Below are positions 1-7,680 of a stretch of DNA of 64,000 bases, in pieces. The notes below the pieces were generated by a model. That model was not told the DNA's origin, searched no databases, and was given only the letters and a program-made list of their open reading frames with translations. How positions within the stretch are numbered: position 1 is the stretch's first letter; every line of letters starts with the position of its first letter. The position numbers were made by a program, and so were the translations under genes. This DNA comes from a virus (taxonomy: Duplodnaviria; Caudoviricetes), in IMG/VR virus record IMGVR_UViG_3300033073_001248, positions 1-64,000 of that record, one strand, 5' to 3'.

Positions 1-885
1 CGTGTACGATTCCTCCCAGACGCAGACAGCAAAAACAGTTTTTTCTGGATTGAAAGACTGATGATCAAATTGCCTTTCGCAGGCATCAAAGGTCAACCCG
101 ACAGCAAGCCAACTTTTGTACAGGTCCCCTGTGTAGAAATGTGGGGCGAAGCTTGTCCAGTTTTGGCTGAAGTGCGTACCTGGTTCAAAGACAAAAGTCT
201 TGAAGACATGGGTCGTAAGTATTGGAAGAAAAAGTCTTACTTGTTTCAAGGCTTTATTCGTGACAATCCTTTGACCGATGACAAAGCACCTGAAAATCCA
301 ATTCGTCGTTTTATTATCAGTCCCCAGATTTTTAACTTGGTTAAAAACGCACTGATGGATCCCGAACTGGAAAACATGCCCACAGATTATGAAGCTGGTC
401 TTGATTTTAACATCAAGAAAACCAGCAAGGGTGGCTACGCTGACTACAGCACCAGTACTTGGGCTCGTCGCGAAAGCGCATTGACTCAAGACGAACTTGC
501 AGCCATTGAAAAGTATGGTCTTTACAACTTGGCTGATTTCCTGCCCAAGAAGCCCAACGAAGCAGAATTGAAAATCATCAAAGAGATGTTTGAAGCTAGT
601 GTTGATGGCGAGCCCTATGACATGGAACGCTGGGGAGCTTACTACAAGCCGGCAGGTATGATGGCTACTGCCAAAGACAGCAGTAACGACGATGCTGCAC
701 CAGCAGCTCGCCCTGCGGCCGCAGCCGCAACTAAACTTAGTGTAGTTGAAGACACTACTGCTCCTTGGAGCGGAGATGATGCCGACGAAGATGACGCACC
801 TGCTCCAGTTGCCAAACCAGCAGCCACTGGCGGTAAAAACGCCATGGATATCCTAGCACAAATTCGTAACCGTCAGAAGCAATAA
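1..885 (+). CDS. gp32: T4 gp32-like single-stranded DNA-binding protein (5' end lies upstream of the window)
   Basis: Frame is open from base 1 (RVRFLPDADSKNSFFWIERLMIK...); gp32-like core (VPCVEMWGEACP, FNIKKTSKGGYADYSTS) and acidic C-tail; directly upstream of uvsX. Confidence 0.85.
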   Translation, partial: RVRFLPDADSKNSFFWIERLMIKLPFAGIKGQPDSKPTFVQVPCVEMWGEACPVLAEVRTWFKDKSLEDMGRKYWKKKSYLFQGFIRDNPLTDDKAPENPIRRFIISPQIFNLVKNALMDPELENMPTDYEAGLDFNIKKTSKGGYADYSTSTWARRESALTQDELAAIEKYGLYNLADFLPKKPNEAELKIIKEMFEASVDGEPYDMERWGAYYKPAGMMATAKDSSNDDAAPAARPAAAAATKLSVVEDTTAPWSGDDADEDDAPAPVAKPAATGGKNAMDILAQIRNRQKQ

Positions 886-955
886 TCCATATTGCAAGCT
901 TGTGTCATGTAGGGGAGACGGTCCCCTACTTTTAACTTTTCAATGAATATATATT

Positions 956-2020
956 ATGGCAAAACCTTTTGATGTAAGCAAATTTCGTAAAACAATTACT
1001 AAAAGTATTGATGGGATCAGTTTAGGATTCCGTGATCCAGACACTTGGATCAGCACAGGCAACTATGCCTTAAACTATTTGATCAGTGGCGCATTTGATA
1101 AGGGCGTACCGCTGGGTAAAGTCACAGTATTCGCTGGTGAGTCTGGTGCAGGTAAGAGTTTTATCTGCTCAGGCAACTTGGTGCGTCACGCACAACAACA
1201 GGGCATTTATGTTGTCTTAATCGACAGTGAAAATGCACTGGATGAATCTTGGCTACACGCACTGGGTGTAGATACCAGTGAAAGCAAACTACTGAAAGTT
1301 AACATGGCTATGATTGATGATGTAGCCAAAATGGTAACCGAGTTCGTAAAAGAATATAAAACACTGCCCGCAGATGATAGACCCAAAGTTTTGTTCGTTC
1401 TAGACAGCCTGGGCATGTTGTTGACTCCCACTGATGTTAATCAGTTTGAAGCTGGCGACTTGAAAGGCGATATGGGTCGTAAACCAAAGGCCTTGACTGC
1501 GTTGGTGCGTAACTGCGTAAACATGTTTGGTGATCTAAACATTGGCTTGGTGGCCACAAACCACACTTATGCAAGCCAAGACATGTTTGATCCTGATGAT
1601 AAAATTTCAGGCGGACAAGGCTTTATCTATGCCAGCAGTATTGTTGTTGCTATGAAGAAAATGAAACTTAAAGAAGATGAAGATGGCAACAAAATTTCCG
1701 AAGTAAAAGGTATTCGTGCAGGCTGTAAGATTATGAAAACACGCTATGCTAAACCTTTTGAAGGTGTACAGGTAAAGATTCCTTATGAAACTGGCATGAA
1801 TCCCTACAGCGGACTAGTAGACATGTTTGAGGGCAAGGGATTATTAGCAAAAGATGGCAATAGGCTTAAATACCAACTAGCAAACGGTACTGAATTGAAA
1901 ATGTTCCGCAAAGAATGGGAACGAAACGAAGACGGTTGTTTGGACAGTGTCATGGAAGACTATACCAAACATCCTCATAAACATAATTCTGAACCGGTTG
2001 CTGTCACAGAGGAAGAATAA
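956..2020 (+). CDS. uvsX: RecA-like recombinase UvsX
   Basis: Walker A GESGAGKS, Walker B LFVLDS, DMGRKPK and SGGQG RecA-family motifs; phage-type arrangement with uvsY. Confidence 0.92.
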   Translation: MAKPFDVSKFRKTITKSIDGISLGFRDPDTWISTGNYALNYLISGAFDKGVPLGKVTVFAGESGAGKSFICSGNLVRHAQQQGIYVVLIDSENALDESWLHALGVDTSESKLLKVNMAMIDDVAKMVTEFVKEYKTLPADDRPKVLFVLDSLGMLLTPTDVNQFEAGDLKGDMGRKPKALTALVRNCVNMFGDLNIGLVATNHTYASQDMFDPDDKISGGQGFIYASSIVVAMKKMKLKEDEDGNKISEVKGIRAGCKIMKTRYAKPFEGVQVKIPYETGMNPYSGLVDMFEGKGLLAKDGNRLKYQLANGTELKMFRKEWERNEDGCLDSVMEDYTKHPHKHNSEPVAVTEEE

Positions 2021-2250
2021 TGACCATCGAAGTTGATGTATTGGGTGAAGTCTACAGCACCCTTAAACAGTATATCCCACAAAAAGACCGCCAAGAAGCC
2101 AGCGACACTATCATGAGTATTTTAGTTGATTACTTAAATGACAATGAACTAAAAGAATTTGGCGGGCTAGATCAATATACCAAACGCAGCCTTGAAGAAT
2201 ACGCTGGCGGCTATGAAGATGACTTTGAAGATTCTGACTACGAAGAATAA
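2020..2250 (+). CDS. hypothetical acidic protein
   Basis: 76-aa ORF whose start and stop overlap both neighbours (TAATG). Confidence 0.6.
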   Translation: MTIEVDVLGEVYSTLKQYIPQKDRQEASDTIMSILVDYLNDNELKEFGGLDQYTKRSLEEYAGGYEDDFEDSDYEE

Positions 2251-2702
2251 TGTGGTATAATCGCATAGTTCAAGACTTGGGTAATATACCCGACTTCATT
2301 GAATACTACGAGAATGAATTGGTGGAAGCCAAACAGGACTGTGGCATTCGTGGCCATCTTGAACGCAACATTGCTGCACTACCTGGCATAACTGAACATA
2401 GGTTCAATCAACTGCAAGAAATTGAAGCAGTATTGAACTTTCTTGGCATACAACTGCGTAAAATTCGCCGTAAACACTTTCAAAATTACTTAGAAAAGTA
2501 CAACAGAGCCCTGACCAGCCGTGACGCTGAAAAGTATGTAGACGGTGAAGATGAAGTAATTGACTTTGAAACCATTATCAACGAAGTAGCACTAGTTCGT
2601 AATAAATGGTTAGGTTTGATGAAAGGACTTGAAAGCAAGAACTTTATGTTGGGCCATGTATCTAGACTCAGAACAGCAGGTATGGAAGATATTTCCTTAT
2701 AA
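2250..2702 (+). CDS. uvsY: UvsY-like recombination mediator
   Basis: 150-aa helical protein with YLEKYNRALTSRDAEKYVDGE and 'KGLESKNF' patterns typical of UvsY; follows uvsX. Confidence 0.8.
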   Translation: MWYNRIVQDLGNIPDFIEYYENELVEAKQDCGIRGHLERNIAALPGITEHRFNQLQEIEAVLNFLGIQLRKIRRKHFQNYLEKYNRALTSRDAEKYVDGEDEVIDFETIINEVALVRNKWLGLMKGLESKNFMLGHVSRLRTAGMEDISL

Positions 2703-2710
2703 GTACAGAT

Positions 2711-3472
2711 ATGAAAATTGTACTTGTTACTGGGGGTTTCGACCCACTACATTCTGGTCATATAGCCTATTTCAAAGCAGCCAAAACATTAGGTGATTTT
2801 TTAATTGTTGGCATTAACAGTGATGCTTGGCTTACTCGTAAAAAAGGCCGAGCATTTATGCCTTGGCAGGAACGGGCCGCTGTTGTGGGTAATATTAATG
2901 TAGTTTATCAAGTAATTGACTATGATGACAGTGATGGCAGCAGCATTGATGCCATACGCAGAGTTCGCGCAGAATACCCCAAGGCTGAAATTATATTTGC
3001 AAATGGTGGAGATCGTAGGCCCGACAATATTCCAGAAATGGCCTTTGAAGATAACAATGTTACTTTTGCCTTTGGTGTAGGTGGCGAAGAAAAACGTAAC
3101 AGCAGCAGTTGGATTCTTGAAGAATGGAAAGCACCCAAAACTGAAAGATCCTGGGGCTACTATAGAATTTTACACACTGTGGGCGCTGGTGTAAAATTAA
3201 AAGAACTAACAGTACAGCCCAAAACCTGTCTTAGTATGCAAAGACATGAGAACAGAGCAGAGTTTTGGTTTGTAGCCGAAGGCAGTGCCAAAGTCTATAC
3301 CCTAAATTCCAGCAGTGACCATGATTTATTACATGAGTTAGAATATCAACAGCACTGCTTTATTCCCAAATCTGCATGGCACATGCTGTGCAATGAATCT
3401 GACCAACCCCTGAAGTTAATTGAAATTCAATACGGTGAAAACTGCGTTGAAGAAGATATCCAACGCAGATAA
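2711..3472 (+). CDS. cytidylyltransferase-like (HIGH-type) domain fused to a cupin / mannose-6-phosphate isomerase type II C-terminal domain
   Basis: N-terminal GGFDPLHSGH, NGGDR, SSSW; C-terminal LSMQRHENRAEFW...WHML...IEIQYG. Confidence 0.8.
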   Translation: MKIVLVTGGFDPLHSGHIAYFKAAKTLGDFLIVGINSDAWLTRKKGRAFMPWQERAAVVGNINVVYQVIDYDDSDGSSIDAIRRVRAEYPKAEIIFANGGDRRPDNIPEMAFEDNNVTFAFGVGGEEKRNSSSWILEEWKAPKTERSWGYYRILHTVGAGVKLKELTVQPKTCLSMQRHENRAEFWFVAEGSAKVYTLNSSSDHDLLHELEYQQHCFIPKSAWHMLCNESDQPLKLIEIQYGENCVEEDIQRR

Positions 3473-3550
3473 TTATTTGCCCTGAGGCAGTTTGCTGGGA
3501 TTATTGACCCATTCAACATCTTCGTCAGTCATAGGTTGCCAATTATTCAT
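3473..3550 (-). CDS. tiny hypothetical protein (25 aa)
   Basis: MNNWQPMTDEDVEWVNNPSKLPQGK; start overlaps the stop of the upstream small ORF. Confidence 0.35.
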   Translation of the reverse strand: MNNWQPMTDEDVEWVNNPSKLPQGK

Positions 3551-3653
3551 GAAATGTATATCCTTGATATTTCATCATTGCTTTGGCTCTACGCTGAGAA
3601 CTTTCCTGCATAGCAGTGTATAAAGTAGTAAAAAATTCTTTAATAAGTTTCAT
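3543..3653 (-). CDS. small hypothetical protein (36 aa)
   Basis: GGAG Shine-Dalgarno, then MKLIKEFFTTLYTAMQESSQRRAKAMMKYQGYTFHE. Confidence 0.45.
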   Translation of the reverse strand: MKLIKEFFTTLYTAMQESSQRRAKAMMKYQGYTFHE

Positions 3654-3664
3654 AACTGCTCCTT

Positions 3665-3814
3665 TTATACAGTGCGACGATCAAATCTGCGAATTAACAG
3701 TTCTACTTCGGCAGGACTCTGTGGGTTGTATTTTGAAATAAATCTATCTAATTCTGCTTGATAAACAGACTTACCGTCTAAAAACTTTTTAATCTTTTGA
3801 ACTAAAGTTTTCAT
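3665..3814 (-). CDS. small hypothetical protein (49 aa, DUF3563-like pattern)
   Basis: AGGAG SD, then MKTLVQKIKKFLDGKSVYQAELDRFISKYNPQSPAEVELLIRRFDRRTV. Confidence 0.55.
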   Translation of the reverse strand: MKTLVQKIKKFLDGKSVYQAELDRFISKYNPQSPAEVELLIRRFDRRTV

Positions 3815-3927
3815 TTGCAAACTCCTATTAGTGTTTCTACTAATATTTATATCAGTGTTTCTACGGATATAAGATAAGTTTATGCCGTTTTAAATTTCTT
3901 AATAAATATCTTATAACCGAGCAACCT

Positions 3928-4989
3928 ATGAGATTTTTTGAATTTGACGAAAAGACTAAACAACCTGCTGAAGCAACAAAACCAGCTGTCAAGCAAGCCC
4001 TTACGGCCATGGGCTACGAAGATCAAAAAGATGTAGGTAATGTCATAAGAGTTTTAGCACAGATTCCCGAAGGGAAAAAAGCTACAGAATATAGAAAACT
4101 TATTCTTCAAGACATACTTGCTCGTTTGAAACAACAATTCCCTACAGTACAATATCTAGCTGACCCAAGACTGGGCAGTCTAGGTGGCATAGTATTTGCT
4201 GGCAGTCCTGTGGCCATTGTAGTAAAAGATGTAGGCAAACAGGGCAGTCAAAGTGCTGGTGTTGGCAATGAAATGGAATTAGCCAGTATGTTGGCCAGTG
4301 TGATTCAAAAATACGGCAGTGCTAATGTAACCTTTATTGACGAGCGCGGTAAAAAACTATCCATTAAGGATGCTGTCCGAGTAGAAACAACTGGTAAAGA
4401 TGTAAAAGGCAGAAAAAAGGCAGATGTTGTGCTTTACAGCAAGACCAGTAAATTGCCTATCAGTATTAAAGAACTCAGTGCTGAAGTTTGGGAAAGTGCA
4501 GACAGCTTATTTGGCGCTAGAGCAAGACAAGTTATTGATGACCTACAAGAAAAAGGTGTCATCAAACTTATTAAAATTGCTGACCGAGCTGTAAAAGGCG
4601 GCGGAAGCGTGCCCGTATACAAACTCAGCAAAGAAATTGTCATGGAGCCAACTGCTGAAGAAGCATTGGCAGCGATTTTTGGCACCGACATCAATCCCGA
4701 AGGTGGTATTGTTATTCAGGACTTTGGACCCGACCACTTTCAACAAGATCAAAAAAATGTAGTAGTACAAGCACATGCTGTTATTCAAACATGGGAAGAT
4801 ATACCAGAAAGTCATTTAATGGTATGGCTCATACGCAACGACAGCAACAGAAATAGTGCAACATTAGGTATTGCAGGCTTAAGACCCTTAGGTGTAACAC
4901 TAACAAGAGGTATAGGTCGCAAAGGAACAAAAGATGTCATTTTGGTTGACAAGACCGGCACTGTTGTTCCGAATCCCAATGTGAAATAA
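3928..4989 (+). CDS. putative PD-(D/E)xK (restriction-endonuclease-fold) nuclease
   Basis: GNEMEL ... KKADVVL ... ISIKE spacing fits E...D...SxK; preceded by TAAATA at 3903-3908. Confidence 0.55.
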   Translation: MRFFEFDEKTKQPAEATKPAVKQALTAMGYEDQKDVGNVIRVLAQIPEGKKATEYRKLILQDILARLKQQFPTVQYLADPRLGSLGGIVFAGSPVAIVVKDVGKQGSQSAGVGNEMELASMLASVIQKYGSANVTFIDERGKKLSIKDAVRVETTGKDVKGRKKADVVLYSKTSKLPISIKELSAEVWESADSLFGARARQVIDDLQEKGVIKLIKIADRAVKGGGSVPVYKLSKEIVMEPTAEEALAAIFGTDINPEGGIVIQDFGPDHFQQDQKNVVVQAHAVIQTWEDIPESHLMVWLIRNDSNRNSATLGIAGLRPLGVTLTRGIGRKGTKDVILVDKTGTVVPNPNVK

Positions 4990-4998
4990 TTTTTTCCT

Positions 4999-5027
4999 TT
5001 GACTTTAATTCGCAGTGACGCTATAAT
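4999..5027 (+). promoter_or_regulatory. sigma70-type promoter for tRNA-Ile2
   Basis: TTGACT-N17-TATAAT. Confidence 0.85.
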
Positions 5028-5036
5028 AACTCTATT

Positions 5037-5112
<76 letters not shown>

Positions 5113-5138
5113 ATTGTCAAAGTAGAATAAGAAAAAGA

Positions 5139-5167
5139 TTGCAGAAGGAATAAGAAGAAAGTATAAT
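5139..5167 (+). promoter_or_regulatory. sigma70-type promoter for tRNA-Leu(TAA)
   Basis: TTGCAG-N17-TATAAT. Confidence 0.7.
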
Positions 5168-5176
5168 AAAGATAAT

Positions 5177-5260
5177 GCGACTGTGGCGTAATGGTAGCCG
5201 CAAGGGACTTAAAATCCCTCGACTTCGGTCGTGCCGGTTCGAGTCCGGCCAGTCGCACCA
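5177..5260 (+). tRNA. tRNA-Leu (TAA)
   Basis: GCGACTG/CAGTCGC acceptor stem, CT-TAA-AA loop, long variable arm, CCA. Confidence 0.95.
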
Positions 5261-5269
5261 AATTTAATT

Positions 5270-5890
5270 ATGGAAATATTTGAATTAAACTTACCGTCGC
5301 CAAATATTAAAATTAAACAAAGATTGGATTATTTGGTTAGAACTGTTGAATTTGAACAGTCTGGTAAAATTTGGTTAAATGAGTTTCACCAAAATAAATT
5401 GAATTTAGCAGATTATAAATTTGCATCAGATCCTACTCTTACAAAGTTAGTAAATGATCAGTATTATAGTTTGTTTAAAATTGATTTTTTTGTTAGTTAT
5501 GGAATATTTAATGGTCAAAGTAGTTGTCACAGTCCACATATAGACCGAGCAAGAATGTTGGCTTTGAATTATTACTATACTTTGGGCGGCGAAAATGTAG
5601 AAACGGTTTTCTACAATAAAAAAACTGATAAAGGTTTAAGTCAAGCACAAAATTATAGATATGATGAACTAATTGCAACAACAAGATTTAAGTTTGAAGT
5701 TAATAAATGGTATGCTTATGAAGTTTCTAGGGCACACAGTGTAGAAAACATAAATGGTACAAGGATATTTTTAGCTATAATGTTGGGCAGTAAAACCATA
5801 ACTGATGAAAAATTAAATACTTACGCACTAGAAGATTTTGACAGTAATTATAAAAATTTTATCAGTAAGAGAATTTCAAATTTTGAATAG
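5270..5890 (+). CDS. putative 2OG-Fe(II)/cupin-fold (DSBH) protein
   Basis: PHID...LNYY...W...HSVEN gives an HxD...H triad; real ATG at 5270 (the ORF-track start lies inside the tRNA). Confidence 0.6.
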   Translation: MEIFELNLPSPNIKIKQRLDYLVRTVEFEQSGKIWLNEFHQNKLNLADYKFASDPTLTKLVNDQYYSLFKIDFFVSYGIFNGQSSCHSPHIDRARMLALNYYYTLGGENVETVFYNKKTDKGLSQAQNYRYDELIATTRFKFEVNKWYAYEVSRAHSVENINGTRIFLAIMLGSKTITDEKLNTYALEDFDSNYKNFISKRISNFE

Positions 5891-5924
5891 ATTTTTTGTA
5901 TTTTTACAACATTTTCAAAAAGAC

Positions 5925-5953
5925 TTGACAACAAAGACTAAATAACTTACAAT
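5925..5953 (+). promoter_or_regulatory. sigma70-type promoter driving the leader-peptide transcript
   Basis: TTGACA-N17-TACAAT; predicted start about 5960, 3-4 nt before ATG 5964; TAAATA lies in the spacer. Confidence 0.85.
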
Positions 5954-5963
5954 AGACACTGAT

Positions 5964-6107
5964 ATGAAAAACACGATTCATTGTTCATCCGTTAAACACA
6001 TAGCCCAACTAGGCGGCTTGATGCCCACCTATTGGAGTGCGTTTAGTCAGATTAATAATGATCGCACACCAGAGGTAACCGGGGTCCAGGAGGATCTTGT
6101 AGCGTAA
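5964..6107 (+). CDS. putative attenuator leader peptide (47 aa, all 20 amino acids)
   Basis: MKNTIHCSSVKHIAQLGGLMPTYWSAFSQINNDRTPEVTGVQEDLVA; its 3' end overlaps the 5' arm of an antiterminator. Confidence 0.65.
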   Translation: MKNTIHCSSVKHIAQLGGLMPTYWSAFSQINNDRTPEVTGVQEDLVA

Positions 6108-6139
6108 AAACAACACTACAAAGAATCTAGGACCCCAGG
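6079..6139 (+). promoter_or_regulatory. putative antiterminator hairpin
   Basis: GGGGTCC(6081-87) pairs with GGACCCC(6130-36); inner TTGTAG/CTACAA helix has the leader stop codon in its loop. Confidence 0.7.
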
Positions 6140-6166
6140 CTTAAACTCCCTGGGGTTTTTTGTTTT
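6131..6166 (+). terminator. intrinsic terminator (attenuator), mutually exclusive with the antiterminator
   Basis: ACCCCAGG(6132-39)/CCTGGGGT(6149-56) followed by TTTTTTGTTTT. Confidence 0.85.
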
Positions 6167-6179
6167 AGTAAAAGGAATT

Positions 6180-6341
6180 ATGAAACAGATCAACTTGAAA
6201 GAAAAAGCCAGACAAGTTCGTTGGACTACTGAGCATACACTAACCGACAGTCAGTTTAGAGATATTCTGACAAAAAAGTTAGCTAGAGCCGAGCAGTTCA
6301 AAAAACTTAACAAGCTAGTTCCACTAAAATTGAAATCATAA
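6180..6341 (+). CDS. small basic hypothetical protein (53 aa), first gene after the attenuator
   Basis: AAGGA SD; MKQINLKEKARQVRWTTEHTLTDSQFRDILTKKLARAEQFKKLNKLVPLKLKS. Confidence 0.6.
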   Translation: MKQINLKEKARQVRWTTEHTLTDSQFRDILTKKLARAEQFKKLNKLVPLKLKS

Positions 6342-6344
6342 TTT

Positions 6345-6491
6345 CAGCGTGACAAGGCAACGCGAGCCGGCACACAACGCTATATAAACTGTGACAAATG
6401 GGCGGACAGTTGGATGAAATGCTGGCGGTAACAGCAGAGTACAAATAACTGGGTGGGGTATAACCCCATCATATCCTCTCGTTTGAGAGGG
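6345..6491 (+). ncRNA. candidate structured ncRNA of unknown family
   Basis: GC-rich relative to flanks; AGCGT/ACGCT, CAGTT/AACTG, TGCTG/CAGCA, TGGGG/CCCCA and TCCTCTC/GAGAGGG helices. Confidence 0.5.
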
Positions 6492-6592
6492 TATTCTAAA
6501 ACACAGGGGATGAATAAACCGGCCGGCAGATTGATGAACTGTTGTGGCGGCTCCATTGATCGGTGCGAACAATACCCTTGTGTTTTAGAATA
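6492..6592 (+). repeat. carrier-stem element 1 (18-bp inverted repeat enclosing a structured insert)
   Basis: TATTCTAAAACACAGGGG ... CCCTTGTGTTTTAGAATA. Confidence 0.8.
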
Positions 6593-6595
6593 TTG

Positions 6596-6624
6596 TTGAC
6601 AAAGCCTGTATAGGCATATATAAT
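6596..6624 (+). promoter_or_regulatory. sigma70-type promoter for tRNA-Asn
   Basis: TTGACA-N17-TATAAT; near-palindrome GCCTGTATAGGC in the spacer. Confidence 0.9.
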
Positions 6625-6633
6625 AGAAGTTAT

Positions 6634-6709
6634 TCCGGGTGAGCAATCTAGGTGAAGGCGGCGGACTGTTAATCCGTGAAGCCTGGTTCGAATCCAGGAC
6701 CCGGAGCCA
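6634..6709 (+). tRNA. tRNA-Asn (GTT)
   Basis: TCCGGGT/ACCCGGA stem, CT-GTT-AA loop, GCCA end. Confidence 0.93.
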
Positions 6710-6764
6710 TTTTTATACGGTAGACATAAATAAATATATAAAATATTTAAAGGCACTCTACCGT

Positions 6765-7208
6765 ATGAATTACAAAGGCACGAAAGACAAAATTTATACT
6801 TGTCATCATTGTATGACAAAGTTTAATTTTAAAGGGTATAGTTCAAATCACAAATATTGTGGTTTGGAGTGTTTTTACGCAGATCAATCTGCAAAAAAAT
6901 TAAAAATAGAAGAACAGCGATACCAAGATTGGTTAGCTGGAAAAGATTTAGGGATAAAAAATCCAAGAAAGTTAATAAGAGAATTTCTTATTAAACGAGA
7001 TGGATACAAATGTGTTTGTTGTGGTATAGATAGTTGGAATGGAAAAACTATTACATTGTGGACTGACCATATAGATGGTGATGCTACAAATAATAGTCCA
7101 TCTAACTTTAGATTAATCTGTCCTAATTGTGATAGCCAATCTGATACATTCGGAGGCAAAAATTACGGTAAAGGAAGAAAGTCTAGGGGATTACCACAGT
7201 ACGGTTAG
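6765..7208 (+). CDS. free-standing HNH endonuclease with Zn-finger-like N-terminus
   Basis: CxxC motifs; DHIDGDATNN...NFRLICPNCDS; ATG at 6765. Confidence 0.85.
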   Translation: MNYKGTKDKIYTCHHCMTKFNFKGYSSNHKYCGLECFYADQSAKKLKIEEQRYQDWLAGKDLGIKNPRKLIREFLIKRDGYKCVCCGIDSWNGKTITLWTDHIDGDATNNSPSNFRLICPNCDSQSDTFGGKNYGKGRKSRGLPQYG

Positions 7209-7219
7209 ATAAAGTTTTT

Positions 7220-7302
7220 GCCCTGGTGGTGGAATGGTAGACACGACGGTCTTAGAAGCCGTTGCCAAAAGCGTGAGAGTTCGAGTCTCTCCTAGGGCAC
7301 CA
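7220..7302 (+). tRNA. tRNA-Leu (TAG)
   Basis: Cloverleaf, CT-TAG-AA loop, variable arm, CCA. Confidence 0.95.
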
Positions 7303-7310
7303 AGTTATTT

Positions 7311-7384
7311 GCGGGGTTCGTATAGTGGTAATACCTTAGCCTTCCAAGCTAAAGCGGAGAGTTCGATTCTCTTACCCCGCTCCA
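7311..7384 (+). tRNA. tRNA-Gly (TCC)
   Basis: GCGGGGT/ACCCCGC stem, CT-TCC-AA loop, TCCA end. Confidence 0.95.
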
Positions 7385-7387
7385 CTA

Positions 7388-7416
7388 TTGACATAGTCTA
7401 TATTAGACTATATAAT
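7388..7416 (+). promoter_or_regulatory. sigma70-type promoter with palindromic spacer
   Basis: TTGACA-N17-TATAAT; ATAGTCTA-TAT-TAGACTAT inverted repeat. Confidence 0.85.
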
Positions 7417-7434
7417 GTGATAAATGGTAATTAT

Positions 7435-7587
7435 ATGCCAATGTATGAAACAACTGTAAGAACACCACAAGGTGAAGAAAAGAAGCGAGTCTATGCGGAC
7501 ACACCGCAGGAAGCAAAAAAGCTTTTTGAACAACTGTATGGTGGTCCCAGAAATGTTCCATATATTCCACATATAATTCCTAGTTGA
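7435..7587 (+). CDS. small hypothetical protein (50 aa)
   Basis: MPMYETTVRTPQGEEKKRVYADTPQEAKKLFEQLYGG...; follows a promoter. Confidence 0.6.
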   Translation: MPMYETTVRTPQGEEKKRVYADTPQEAKKLFEQLYGGPRNVPYIPHIIPS

Positions 7588-7591
7588 TTAT

Positions 7592-7666
7592 CGCGGGTTG
7601 GAGAAGAGGTATCTCGGGAGTCTCATAAGCTCCAGATCGGCGGTTCGATTCCGTCACCCGCAACCA
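7592..7666 (+). tRNA. tRNA-Met (CAT), initiator-like
   Basis: C1:A72 mismatch, CT-CAT-AA loop, ACCA end. Confidence 0.85.
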
Positions 7667-7680
7667 TAAAAAGATGCTAA

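Noticed and set aside
5964-6166. T-box riboswitch or single-amino-acid (Trp/His) attenuator
   Set aside because: No T-box UGGNACC motif or specifier stem and no run of a single codon (one Trp, two non-adjacent His); reported as a pan-codon candidate instead.
5231-7587. ORF-track starts at 5231, 6639 and 7234
   Set aside because: These starts fall inside tRNA genes; downstream ATGs at 5270, 6765 and 7435 are used instead.
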